DNA of 56,633 nucleotides, the filler included, from Dugesia japonica (Eukaryota): assembly GCA_001938525.1 (NCBI GenBank). It is 5 parts of 5 records of this genome, joined end to end, with 100 filler letters (N's around TTAATTAATTAA, not from the genome) between each part and the next. Parts side by side here need not be neighbours in the genome. Positions count along the whole stretch, not along the records: positions 1 to 16,772 come from MQRL01385550.1; 4 more parts are not named here. One strand, given 5' to 3'. This document shows positions 1-12,884 of the stretch, in pieces. The notes under the pieces were generated by a model, which saw nothing but the letters and a program-made list of their open reading frames with translations, was not told the origin of the DNA and did not search any database. The translations under genes and the position numbers were made by a program. Within the stretch, counting starts at the first letter, position 1; each line of letters opens with the position of its first letter.

Positions 1-249
1 GAAGGATTTATCCGAAAACCCAAAACATTTCCACGACTAAGTTATTTTTTCTATTCATTTATTTGTATTTTTTATAAATGTTTTTATTATTCTGGCTTTG
101 TTTTTGTTTTAAACATTGTTTTTTGTTTAATTTCCTATTTATTTTCACGAATGAATTGGTTGGGTTCTGTCCCAACACAAGGAATAAAGTAAGTTTGTTT
201 TTAAAAAATTATTTTTTAATGTTATTTAACTTTTAGACTATAAACAAAA

Positions 250-450
250 TGAAGATTAAAGATTCGATAACAATGAACAATGTAAGTTTTTTTTTAAATA
301 ACTATTTAATATTTTATTTATAATTTTAATAAACGCAGTCTGAACATGAAAAGAAAAGTTATGGTAAATACTATTAATATTAATTAATTTTTTATTTCAG
401 AATTACGATTTTGATGATGCTCCTTTTATTCCGGATATTCAATTAAATCG
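250..450 (+). other. Short spliced exon series (mini-introns), product unknown
   Basis: Consecutive GT..AG introns at ~189-236, ~282-338 and 364-400 (gtaaata...tttcag, 37 bp), plus a donor at ~451. One spliced frame reads MKRKVM|NYDFDDAPFIPDIQLN. Confidence 0.35.
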
Positions 451-639
451 TAAGTCAGATTTTATTTTACTTTTTAGTATTTTCTAAGAATTAGTAATGT
501 TAAATAAATTTTCGTATTATTTTATGATAATATAAGAGATAGGAAAATATTTACTTATTGTATATTTTTAGAACATTGCTCACGTGTAAATAAGGCTCAC
601 AATGGAGATTGACATAGTATTATGGTCAATGTATTTTTG

Positions 640-850
640 GGAATTCCAAAATTTGTTATTACAAATGGAAAAAATGCTATGCCACATATAATTTATTATT
701 GACCAAATGCAGATTGTTATTTCAAATGGAAATGATCTCATATCTAATCCACTTTATTTTATGCTAAATGCTAATAATGTCAAATGCACATTATGCTATT
801 CCAAATGCAAATTACGTTATTCCAAAAGAAAATTATCTTATGCACAATTT
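640..850. repeat. Degenerate ~21-bp tandem repeat
   Basis: Recurrent ttattccaaatgcaaatta-like units; explains spurious ORF 707-904. Confidence 0.5.
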
Positions 851-1339
851 TACGAAAACAAGTATGAATTAATCTTTAATTTAATTACTTTTAATGTTAT
901 TTAATAAATGTTTTTATTTAATGTTAATGATAATAAATGATGAAATTATTTAATGTTAATTATAATAAGTAGTAAATTTATATAATTTTAATTAAAATAA
1001 GTATTGAATTTATTTATTATTAATGATAATAAGTGATAATAAAAATTATTAATAACAATAAAATACGTAGATAATTTAAGTAAAGTCAATGATAAAGATG
1101 ATGACATCATTAATGTATATAATAACTTATTATTAATAAGTGATGAAATTATATAATATTAATTATAATAAGTAATGAAATTATTATTGATCATGACGCA
1201 TTTATTGATTTTATTAATGACCTTTTAAGTTACCTATTAACTAACCTTGACCTTTTTACTGAGATTTTTATCGATAATGATTTACAAATATCTATAAGCA
1301 ATACAAAATTAACTTAATTTTATTTAAGAAACTTGTAAA

Positions 1340-2230
1340 ATGTATACCAACTATTGTGGAAATTTAATACATAATGAACACAATCACGAAGTCATGGAAA
1401 ATTGCTGCAGTCTTATTTATTGCGAGAAAAAAATATGTTTGTCCATCATGTACTACAATAGGGTTAGGTACATACAGAGTTTTATAAGACACATGCACAT
1501 CAATTGTCTCAATTATTTTAAAAGAAGATAGTGCTGAAGAAAATTCTCCAAGGACATCAATGTAAGAAGTTTAAGGCTGAACCGGAAGTTATAGTTATTA
1601 AAGATAATTTTATAAACATTGAACCAGTCAAGGTTCTAGTTTTTGAGGATGATATCGAGGAAGAAATGGGCTGGAATAATATTCAAATAATTGAATAACT
1701 AAATGCAGAGGACCTTTTTGATGAAGATGATACAGAAGATCTGTTGCAAAAATATTTGCAAGAAGAAGCACACGTCGGTGGATCTGTTATTGAAACTGTT
1801 ATTGAATCTGTTATTGAAACGGATTTTTACAGATGCCACAAGATCTTGAAATTGGATATTTCAAGATTTAACATGGGAGAGATAATTTTACCAGACACTT
1901 TAAAAAACTGATTAAAGAAATGAAGGATATAAAAATCTAGTTTAGAATTCATAAGAGATCATGAAATAAAAACTTGTCATTTATCTAATAGTGCTATACT
2001 ACTTAATGATAAGTTTTCGAAGAGGGAAATAAGGCATTGAATGAGAAGATCGTTGTAAGAAGCTAAAAAGGAAATAGCTGGACTCTTGGTAGGATATTAG
2101 AAANNAATTTTAAATTGACAAAAATAAGCAAAGTTGTCAGACCGTAGTTCTATTCCAACGCCAGGAAATCTTGTCAGGAAACAAGCAATTGTTAACGTCA
2201 AAACCAGTGATAATAAATGTTTCATATATA
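1340..2230 (+). pseudogene. Polinton/Maverick protein-primed DNA polymerase B, N-terminal fragment
   Basis: SSIPTPGNLVRKQAIVNVKTSDNKCFIYS (2134-2230) resembles the invertebrate Polinton pPolB motif SSYIPLP..I..KKAIINIKN.DNKCFLWS. The upstream part is frameshifted, with a Cys/His-rich start. Confidence 0.6.
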
Positions 2231-2544
2231 GTTTTAAGTTATTTTTCCACATTTTTCTAATTTATTTTAAATTAAATGTAAATGTCAAGTTGCATACATA
2301 CACATGCAAGTGTATGTATGTATTTTTGTATGTATTATGATTATAATATTAGTCATATTAAAATGATATAAAATGTCAATAAAAAATATTGACACAAGAA
2401 AATTAAAAATTTAAATTGAAATAATTGATTTGAAGAAAAACTTGGCAACTATCAAAAGCTACCAAATAAAATAAATCAGAATTCAAAATTTAAAAATTAC
2501 TGCCAATAAAGCCTAGAAATTAAATTGCAGAGATAGAAAGACAA

Positions 2545-2822
2545 TTTGGTATATGGAGTAATCAGCAAACAAAATAAGGCCTTGTGTGCCATGTGTTCTG
2601 AAAGCGATTTGCCGAACATCATCAGTTAAACGTCACTATGAAAGTAATCACAAATGGCTTCTTGCTAAAAGCAAAGATAAACGCCAGTTAAAAAATACAT
2701 ATTTGCAATATTCTTTTATAAAGTTTGTTAAAAGTACATCGAACTTAGTATCTGCTAGTTTTGAAGTTTCAAAAATAATAGCTGGGCATGAAAAGTCTTT
2801 CAGTGATAGTGCATACATTACA
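2545..2822 (+). pseudogene. hAT (Buster/Charlie, GTF2IRD2-like) transposase N-terminal fragment
   Basis: YGVISKQNKALCAMCSES / ICRTSSVKRHYESNH (BED-like zinc finger, frameshifted), followed by ASFEVSKIIAGHEKSFSDSAYI (cf. AS..V...IAK..KPF.DGEFIK). Confidence 0.7.
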
Positions 2823-3879
2823 GATTCTAACTATGATGCACAACAAATAATCTTGAAAAGAAACAATATCTATGGAGGAGTGATTTTCATAATGAGAACA
2901 CAAGAGCGTATTGTAACTGCAAAATGTGAACGATGCGGAGGATGATTACAAAAAATCAGCATCAGAGCAGAAGGCATCGCACAAATTCTTGTGGTTACTG
3001 GGTATAATCCCTCAGATGGAATTTATTATCAACAAAAAGAAAATTTGACTAGTAGAAGAGTAACGAGGTTAAAATCCAAAGCCTAGTAACCCAACAAAAC
3101 GATTGGAAATTTGAAAAATTTGCAAAATTAAATTAAGGGTAATATTTATTTTATTTTTATTTTAAAATCACAAAATTAAAACTAAATCGATCAACTCAAT
3201 ATTAATTAAATAAATCCAAACGAAAAGAAATTTTAAATTAAATTAAACAAAATCTAAATTACACTGAGTCTATTTTAATAAAACCAATTTAAATAGAAAC
3301 TATTTCTCCAATAAATTCGATTGTAAAGAAATAGTTATTGATCAAAAAAGATCAATTTAAGGAATAAAAAAATAAAATCAAGTGACCAAAAATTACAGAA
3401 AGTGACGCAGGTTTTAATACAATCTGGACAGTAGCTTTTAAATAAATAGTTTGTTTCCCAGATAATTCATTTTTTATTATTCATCTTGTCAAAACGGTGA
3501 CGACAGACGACTAGATATTTTTCGGCCATAAGCTTGTAATAACTCTGAATCTTCATAAGGTAATAGCAAAATAAAATGCTTGTAAAATTATATTAAAGTA
3601 TTGTCAAGTTTTGAAGTGTTTTATGAAAATATTATTGAGTTATAATTGATAAAGTTTGGAAATTTTTTGTGTTAGTCTTCAAATTTGTTTATTATATTAT
3701 TATACTAATAATAATCTTAAATATTCTAAAGAGTTATAACCGCAGATTGAAATAATTTATCGTTCCTTCCAAACTCTCTTAATTTAACGCAACTGGAAAT
3801 TAACTGATTTTGGACTCTTCGTGAGGAATATTAAAATCACTTTTATTTACGAAAGCGCAATCTACATTAATTGAACCTC

Positions 3880-4232
3880 ACATATCGCAAGCCCATTTCT
3901 GAACTTTTACAAGGTACTGAATCAACAAATATTAAAAGTAATTGAAAATTAGTATTAACTGGAAAGGATAAATCATAAGTTTCTTGAAGAAATTCATTTC
4001 ATATTTATAGTGATTCTGCTGCTTACCTCATTTTATTTCGATAGAAGCAATATTATCTTTTGTAATAGTAATGAATTTAATTTATTAAAATAATGAAAAT
4101 ATTAATTAAGATTTTCTTTATATAGTACTTAGTACGTAAATTCAAAAAAATTGTTTTTCGAAATTGACGCAGTAAAACAAACGATTTATTAATTAAATTC
4201 CAATCAAATATTTCTATTTTTTAAATTATTAG
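3880..4232 (-). repeat. Inverted copy of the interior of the foldback element (8935-9255)
   Basis: For example aaaacaaacgatttattaattaaatt (~4175) is the reverse complement of aatttaattaataaatcgtttgtttt (~8967), and ataaatcataagtttcttgaagaaa pairs with tttcttcaagaaacctatgatttat. Confidence 0.75.
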
Positions 4233-6089
4233 TTAAATTATTAATGAAAATATATTAGAAAGATTATTAAGGTTGTTTAAATTGAGTGTTTATCTTCAAT
4301 GTTCCCTTTTCAAATTCTTTTTTTAAGAAAACATGCATCACATCAAGGAATAGATTGCAATTAAAGATATATTACACGAGTTTTTGGACGAAGACAACAT
4401 TAATATTTTTGGTAATGAATTTTAATCATTATTTATTTCTTTTTAGATGAGATTTAAGTAGTACTGAAAACGTTTATTCCAGAGTTGGAGGTAAATCAAG
4501 ATCATGGACACAGAATGAGTATTCGAAGGTATTCCAGATGACCAATCTAGATATGTTAAAAATATTATTGTTCTTTTACAATTTTTACGAAGATGGATTC
4601 TGATGCGGTGACAGTCATTGCTATACTTGTCGATACAACACACTTAAACTGGTTATAAAAGACAAAATCAAGGCGAACAGTAATCCAACAATCAAATAAA
4701 TGTTTAATGCGAAATAAATGCATTTTGAAATGAGTTTATTTCTTTGTTAGTTATTTACCATTATTTTGTTTTATTAATATTGCCGGGGAGCGATTAATGT
4801 TAATATTAATATTGTCGAGAAGAGACTAACATTAGCATTGTCCGGGATAAATTTATTTAACTGTCCTTGTTTTTTTAAAATGTTTTCGATTTTATTTGTT
4901 TAAAAAATTGTATGACTTTTAACCATAATATTCTAGTTAAGTGTAAATTCTACGTCGAATGATGTGTAACACGATAAAATAATAAATTTCATTTCACTTA
5001 AAACCAAATCTCACTAAAATCTTTTAATTTGAATTAGAGATTTCNNNNNNNNNNNNNNNNNNNNNNNNNNNNNNNNNNNNNNNNNNNNTATAGTTACGTA
5101 ATATTATGTTGCATACATCATTAACACATTTCAATTATGTAATTAACTGTATAAAATTTTTAAACCATTTTATATTATTTCGTAATCATACGCGTCTTAC
5201 TTTCAAACAATCAAATCGCTTAAAACCAATACCAAAAACCCATATCTACTCGGACTAATACTGATCCGCTGAACCCAAAATAAAGAATGGGTTACTTCAT
5301 CCAGGTGAAAATGAGGGTTACTGGAATCTATTCGAGACCGGATGGGCGAATCTAACGTTAAAGTACTAGTAGTTGTCCATGAAGACTTAGACTTAAATAT
5401 GAAATCATGGCAAAAAGAATTTTATTTAATTTTTATTCGAAATATTGTTTATATAACTTTGTGGTTTTTAGCAAGAAATATATGAAACATTAAAATTTAT
5501 ATTTTATTAATATTTTTAAATGAATAAAATATTTGTTTTATTAATTTATTTTAATATAAATTATGAATTTTAAGAAACTTTTTTCCCGCAAGCATGTTTT
5601 TATGATTTCTTTTTATTTAGAAGTAAATAGGATTTTATTTTTTCTTATAGTTATTTGTTTTATATTGATTTTTAATAAATTGTGAATTTCAAATCAAACG
5701 TAATTAGTTAAAGTATTTTCAAAACTATGAAAAAATTGGTATGTAAATTATTAAATTTTTTTGAAGTAGAATCAGAGAATGAAACCAAGATATACTCTAT
5801 ATATCCTCTAAAAATCTTACTAATCACTATTTTTGTGAGAAAGCTTTGATTTTTGGTGATGATTACACTGTCGCGTTGCACTATTTTGAGGACGTCGCCT
5901 TTTCTGAAATAAGTGAAAACTTAATTTCAAGTAAACTTGCCTATGTCTATGCATGTAAAAAGAATGATTCTTCAATCATTTTTGTAACGCTTTTAGCTTC
6001 TAATAACTGCTCAAAAAATATTATTGTTAAAGGAAACTCGGAGTCGGAAACATCGGTTGAAATAACAATGATTAATAGATTCAGATAAA

Positions 6090-7350
6090 TATTCCGAAAC
6101 AGAAATCAATCATTGTTTCAATGGTTTTCTGAAAGTGTACCTCTTGTAATCGTGTAAAGGGTCATAGAGTTGAAGGACTACGGGAATAGTGTAGAGGGTC
6201 AATGGATTCAGATTAAAAACTGAGAAACTTGAGATTCGGTTTTTTAAGTATTATAAATTTAAATGTTAATGTATTAGAATGTACTTCAACACAATTATCC
6301 CAATTGTGGACGATGCCAGATGGGATAACATCACTTCATTTCATTTTCATCAAATCCGGGAGCGAGAAACACAGATTCAGAAACTTCACCAACAAAACCA
6401 AATGTTGTCGCAAGACTATGGCAAGCGCCTGTGCACGAGGGAGTAACGAGTACTTGGTATTATACAGGAAAATAAATTGTGGTTGACAAAGATCAAAGCA
6501 GGATACGAACAGCACTAAAAGCTATTACATCAAGCGCAACAACTCGCCGAAATTAGGAAGCAGCAACTGTTGTTACTAGGAGAGATTTTACAATTACTGA
6601 AACGGTGAAGAAACAGTTTACCCGTAATAGAGATATTATCTGGAACTCCATTAATGCTGAGTTCGGTCCACTCGAAACGCCGGGAGAATCTAATACGGAA
6701 TCAAAAAATACAGCCTTAGTAGACGCCATACGTCGATCGAAGGGACGAGCGAGATAGTTGATATGAGAGTTGAATAGAGTACAGCTTAAGAATTAATGGC
6801 TCATGATGCGAAATAAGCAAATCTGGGAGAAGGAGATGAACCTGCGAATGAGTTGGTAAATGCTCGCTGACTTGATGAAACTATACACAGACCGAGAAGC
6901 AGCTCTAATTGCTACAGTTGGAAGCATGAGTCGTAGCTGCCGAGAAGAGTCCGCGGAGAGTTCACCAGAGAAAGATTTTACGCCAAGACAGCGACGGTAG
7001 ACTCGAATGGGAAGGTTAAGAAATGAATCCATGTAAATGTTATAATTCAAAATATATGTAAAGGAGTAGTTCAGTTGTTTGTTGAGATAGACAGAAACAC
7101 TCAAAGATACATGCAGGAACGTCGAAACAGATGGTAAGAAAATTCATCTTTAATAACTAGAAAACAAATTTCATTACACTGCAGTAATGAATTTAAATAG
7201 ATTAATGAACCGGGATAATAAAATGCATGGTGTTTGAATTCGATCAAAATGGATTCAAGAATGGTGTAGTGTACTACAAACAGTTGCTCTACCGAGGAAA
7301 CGATTTCTCTTCCGAATAATTAGCTACTATCTCGGATACGTTCCCCGAGG
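6090..7350 (+). mobile_element. GC-elevated, degenerate coding-like island, possibly a retroelement (gag-like) relic
   Basis: Clearly higher GC than the flanks, with broken purine-rich frames (e.g. ETQIQKLHQQNQMLSQDYGKRL). No diagnostic motif recognised. Confidence 0.3.
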
Positions 7351-7689
7351 TAAACCATTATTAATTTTTATTTTTAAGTAAAACTATTTTCATATATTAT
7401 TTTAATATCAGTTTGGCTTTCATTCTATATCATTATATTACCTCCTCCGACATGTAGAGTCCAACGGAACGAATCCATTAAGTTCCGTTAGCGTCCAACC
7501 GAGTCCGTTCATAATTAAACTTATCGATCAGCTTGAGTAGTTTTAACTAGGCTTACCTCGATTAAAGTATGCGCATCTTTGGTCTCATCCGATCTCGAAT
7601 GTACACCGATACAACTGTTTAACCTTTATAAAAAAAATAGCTAGTCATCAACACCACTATCCATAAAACGGACAAGAATTAATACTTAA

Positions 7690-10600
7690 ATGTTGATCGT
7701 AATTTAAACTTAACATTGTTAAATAAAATTTAATTTATTATAAATTTTTGCCTTTTAAACTGATAATTTTTATTCCTATTAATTTAAAGGCGATAAATTC
7801 TAAATCTTGTGAATTTTAAATTTATGGACTTTAAATTTTAATCTAGAAGCATATAAATTTGAAATGTCGAAACTTATTTGTTATATATTTTAGGCGTTGT
7901 TTATTTAAGTTCTATGATGAAAGTTGTATTTTCAATGAATTCTATATCTTCTGTCGTTGATTCTTATTTTTATGATGAATTCTATATTTTCTATGCTGAT
8001 TCATGTACTTTTCGTGTAGAAACTGTCATTTTATATGACAAAGTGGTTATTTCCAATGTTGAAGTTCTTATTTTCAAATATCATTCATGTAGTTTACATG
8101 TTTGCTTAGAATTTTATCTGGTGGAGCACAACTTTAGTAAAATGGGATGTAATTTTTGTGTAATATCTTACTATTTTACAGTAATGTAATGTAAGTTTGT
8201 CTGATAAAATATATTTTTAGTGTGATGAATAATTTTAACGTGATGGTTTGTAATTTTAGCGTGATGGTTTATAATTTGGTGTCTTAGAACTTTGTGTGAT
8301 TGAATATAATTTTAGTGTAAGGATTATAATTTTAAAGTAATGAACTATATTTTTAGTTTAATAGATTATAGGTCCAACTTGGTTTAGAAATTTTAGATGC
8401 TGACTTAAAATTTTGTGTGATGAGATGTAATTTTAGTGTAATGATTTATAATTTTAACATGTTTGCTAAGGATTTTTATGTGTTTGTTTTGAAATTTTTA
8501 TATATTACAATTATTCTGATGGATTATAATTTTTATGTGTTGGCTTAAAAATATTGTGTTGAGTTAAAGTTTTGTGTCATTAAATGTAATTTAAGTGTGT
8601 CGAATTATAATTTTATGACTTCACTATCAATTTTTACATGTTGAGTGATAATTTTTATACATTACCTTTGAATTTTATGCGATGAAATCTAATTTTAATG
8701 CAACGAATAATTGTTTAGTGAATATCTATTGAAACTTGTATGTCTTTATAATAAAATCCTTATAAAATCATATAAGAACCATAGAAAATCCTTAACATCA
8801 TATGCATAGGGCTTATTTTTCCTATGAAATTATATGTTTTCCTAAGCAAGATTAATGTTAATATTCCCATATATGATATTAATGATAAAACATAAAATAA
8901 CATATTCTAATATATTTCATTAATAATCTCGCAAATAATTTTAAAAAAATAGAAAATTCGATTCGAAATTTAATTAATAAATCGTTTGTTTTGCTGTTTC
9001 AATTTTGAAATAAACACATGTGCTAGCTAATACATAAAGTAAAACTTTTAATATTTCCATTATTTTAAAAATTGGCATCCATTACTGTTACAAAAGGTAA
9101 TGCATCGCCTGTTGATTTCTAATGTGGTAAGCCAAAGAATTACTACAAAAATGAAATGGTTTTCTTCAAGAAACCTATGATTTATGCTTTCCATGTACTA
9201 TTATATTTTCAATTTGATTTTGAATCCTGTAAAAGTTTAGAAATGTGCATACAATATGCTCATGACTAGAATAAGCTTGGACGCTCAATCAACACTGAAT
9301 GGATTATTTTCAAGAATTAATTAAATATCCGATACATCATTCATCAGTTTGAATGGAGATATTCCTTATGAAAATTTAAGTAAATCAATGATCACAACAG
9401 GAATACTTGGGTATAAGAAACTGGAAAACAGTGTAGCTACAATTTGGAAAGTGAGAAGCATTTAAAAGATAAACTCGATTTGTTATAATAAATATTTTAA
9501 ATTTAACATGTCTTCAATTTTTTAATTGTTTACTGATCTATTTTATTACTGTTGTCTTATTATTTTCTATGAAAACATTTCAAAGTGTGAAACTAGTTAA
9601 ACAAGAATTGTTAAATTAGTTTATAATTTTTCTTAGTTTTCATAATTGACATGTGCAGTAATATAACTGATAGACACATCATCGTAGATTATGATGGCTT
9701 CTTCAATGTCTACTCCGGTATATATTTTAATGCGATACCAGTATATGCTTTGTACATTTTTTGAGCAGGCATTACACGTTTTTATTGTATTGATTTAGTT
9801 TTTCTCAATTAAATTATTAAAATCTCATATTACAACAGCAATTTGAGGTTGATAATATAATATCTTGATTCCAAAAAGACTACTTTTCTAAATGAAAACA
9901 TATACTGGACTGTATATATATGTAAATACGGTTCTTCAAGCGTAATCATACAAAAGTATTGAATATCTCAAATTAATTATGATTGTAAGTGATTATAATC
10001 AAATATATTTTGATATCATATTATAAATATTTCTTTCCAATGGTTTATTGTATCTCAGGTTTCTAAATCTTTCGAATTTGAAGAATACTAAAGATTATGT
10101 GAATGATCTATACCAGTAAGCCTTATGCCTATAGTATCAATTTTATAAAAAAATTTAGAACTTAATGAAATTTTATTTTCTTTATCCAGTTTATTCGATT
10201 TTTTTATTGTATTTGTTTCAAAGACTTATTAGTTTAATGAATGTATTTAGATTGATAAGTGTTTTAGTTTAATGAGTTTATTAATTATAATGATTTTATT
10301 TTAAAATATATATAGAGCATAATAAAAGCATAAATTCAGCAGATTAAATAAATAACCTAAGTAACATTTGACCAATTACACCATGTGATAAAACATGAGT
10401 CATCGTTAGCATGTTATTTAAAAATTCTTAATTAATGATCGGTTGTTTCAATATGTTGCATAAATGTTTTCCGTAAAATTTCCTTATTTTACATTGGTTA
10501 GTTATGTTGTTGAATTAGTATATATCGAATTTCATTTTCTATATTAATGAGTTTGTTTAAAAATGTTCCATGTTAAATGCGAGATGATGCAAGCTGAAGA

Positions 10601-12050
10601 AGAATATTTAGGTGCTCTTTGTAAGAAATTTTAAATTATAAGATTGTTAATTTTTATTTAGAAATTGCAAAAAGCATAATTCATGAAATATTTCCAAATC
10701 TTGAAGAAATAAAGCATTCGAATGATGGAGCTTTCTGTAATCATGCTTGGAACAGAACATTTGATCGCTTAGTAAATGATTTTTGGTGCCGATATGTCTA
10801 GAATTAGGTTAATGCTGCAGACAGTGCCGATACAAATTACTGAAGTAAAAAGTCTACATATTGTTGAAAGTTATAAAAGTGTTTTTAAAATAAATATTGT
10901 TTGCAAATTTACTTTTTATTTTACGTATAATGTAATGATTACTAATAAACTTTTGTGTAATAAATAAATCTCATTGCACTTCTAATAATACCCAATTTTC
11001 TCTAATTTGGATAAGGAATAATAACATAAAACTGGTTTTAATAAGTACTTTTTTCTTTATATTATTAAAGTTCTCGTGAACTATATATATTTTTCGAAAT
11101 AAGTCATTTAGATAATATAAAGTTAGTATTAAATTCAATATCGATTGGTTGTTAAATCATGTTATAACATTTCGTGACTGTACAATATGTTTTAAAATCT
11201 TTACTCATGTAAGTACTGATGCTAATGTTAATATTACCCAGGGAGATGTGTACATTAATATTGCTCGGGGAAACAATTTTATAGGAGAAATAAGCCTTAA
11301 TGCATATAATTTTAAGGATTTTTATGGTTCTTATAGGAGGATTTTATCATTAAGACATACAAATTTCAATGTATATTCAATAAAAAATATGTAAACTTTA
11401 TACAAATATAGACAGATTTTATAAGTATATACTAAATTCGCAAATTTACAAACAAATTTTATACTATTATACAAATATAATCAAAGTTATGAGTCGTACA
11501 CATAAAAGTCCATAAATGATAATTGAAATTCCTCACATTTTTCAATCAAACATATTAAAATTGTAATCACACTAAATTGTAAAATTGTATATAAATTTCA
11601 AAGTCAACATGTAAAAATTAATAGACAACACAAAAATAATTAGCTAACATGTTAAAATTATAATCCATTACACTAAAAAATATAGTTCGTAAATCTAAAA
11701 TTACATTTCATCGCATAAAATTCTAAGTCAAAATATAAAAATTATCACTCAACATGTAAAGACAAAATTATAATTCGACACACTAAAATTACATTCCATT
11801 ACACAAATTACCTAATATAAAATTATACACTTTAAAATTTATACAAATAAAAATTTATAAACTTATATTTTATAAATTTAAAATGTCATACAGAAAACTA
11901 ATTATAACATTTTAAAGCTTAAAATTTATGTTATTTGAAATTTATAACTTTTAATTTATAAAAAAGTTACTCAAAGTTTAAATTTATATTATAAAATAAA
12001 TTTTAACAAAACTTGATTACATTAAATTAATTAATTAAGTTGTCGCTTTA
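7690..12050. mobile_element. Foldback-type DNA element with long inverted repeats containing 21-bp tandem arrays
   Basis: 8575-8700 is the reverse complement of 11690-11805 (gtgtgtcgaattataatttt; tttacatgttgagtgataatttttata; gaattttatgcgatgaaat). 8750-8835 is the reverse complement of 11272-11350 (tataagaaccata.aaaatccttaa). The arms are made of taattttagtgtgatgaatta-like units. Outer boundaries are approximate. Confidence 0.65.
10563..10800 (+). pseudogene. Spliced gene fragment inside the foldback element
   Basis: Exon MFHVKCEMMQAEEEYLGAL, a 41-bp gtaag...tttag intron (10621-10661), then IAKSIIHEIFPNLEEIKHSNDGAFCNHAWNRTFDRLVNDFWCRY. The junction as spliced gives a stop. Confidence 0.35.
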
Positions 12051-12884
12051 TTTTTAAATTTCGATTTTTACATTTAGAATTGAATAAATGACACTAAATA
12101 AAAAATAAAATTTAATAAAAATTAAATATTTATTGTGAGGAAATAACTACGAAAGAAAATAATTATGATTATTGATCGTCTGTTAATGAAATTATTATAA
12201 TCAGTTTTTACATTATTGCGATTTTATTAAAGTGGACCATTTGACTATTGTTGTTTGGAGGATCTTTTGTTTAGTATTGATTTCGAATTGAAGAATTTTA
12301 TTAAAAATAGTGGAGTTCTTTTATTGAAGAATTATATTGTTAATCGTGGGGTTATTTGAAACAGTATCTTATGTAAGATTTTTTATTTTTTAAAAGACTT
12401 TGGTAATTGTAATTAATTAAGTACGATTAATTTGATTTATTGTAATTTGTCATTTAAATTGTAATTATTAATATTGTTATTCTTTGTAAATTATATTTAA
12501 TAAATTAAGTCGTTATAATTTGTATTTTGGAAATGCATCAAGAAAACTATAACATTTATAAAGTAACTTGTTTAGTAATAAACTTTGTTTAATCATATTG
12601 GGAGCTCATATTACATTTATACTTCTATATGATTTTGAAATTTAATAAATTTAGTTAATTAATCAATACTGCAGAAAATAAGTATTGAGTATCGAGTAAT
12701 TCATTCATGGTTACTTTAATATCAAATTTCGGGACGGATCCCAACCACAATCGCTTTCTTTATTTTTCATTAATGAAAAAAACCAATTAATAAAAAGTGA
12801 GAAAATTAAAAGTAAAAGTTATTATTCAAAAAATCAGATTCTTATTGATATAATTCTCATTAAACACTAACTTTCCATCAGTTA

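Noticed and set aside
8130-8720. Regularly spaced repeats resembling a CRISPR array
   Set aside because: Degenerate tandem units with no unique spacers and no cas genes, in a eukaryotic context.
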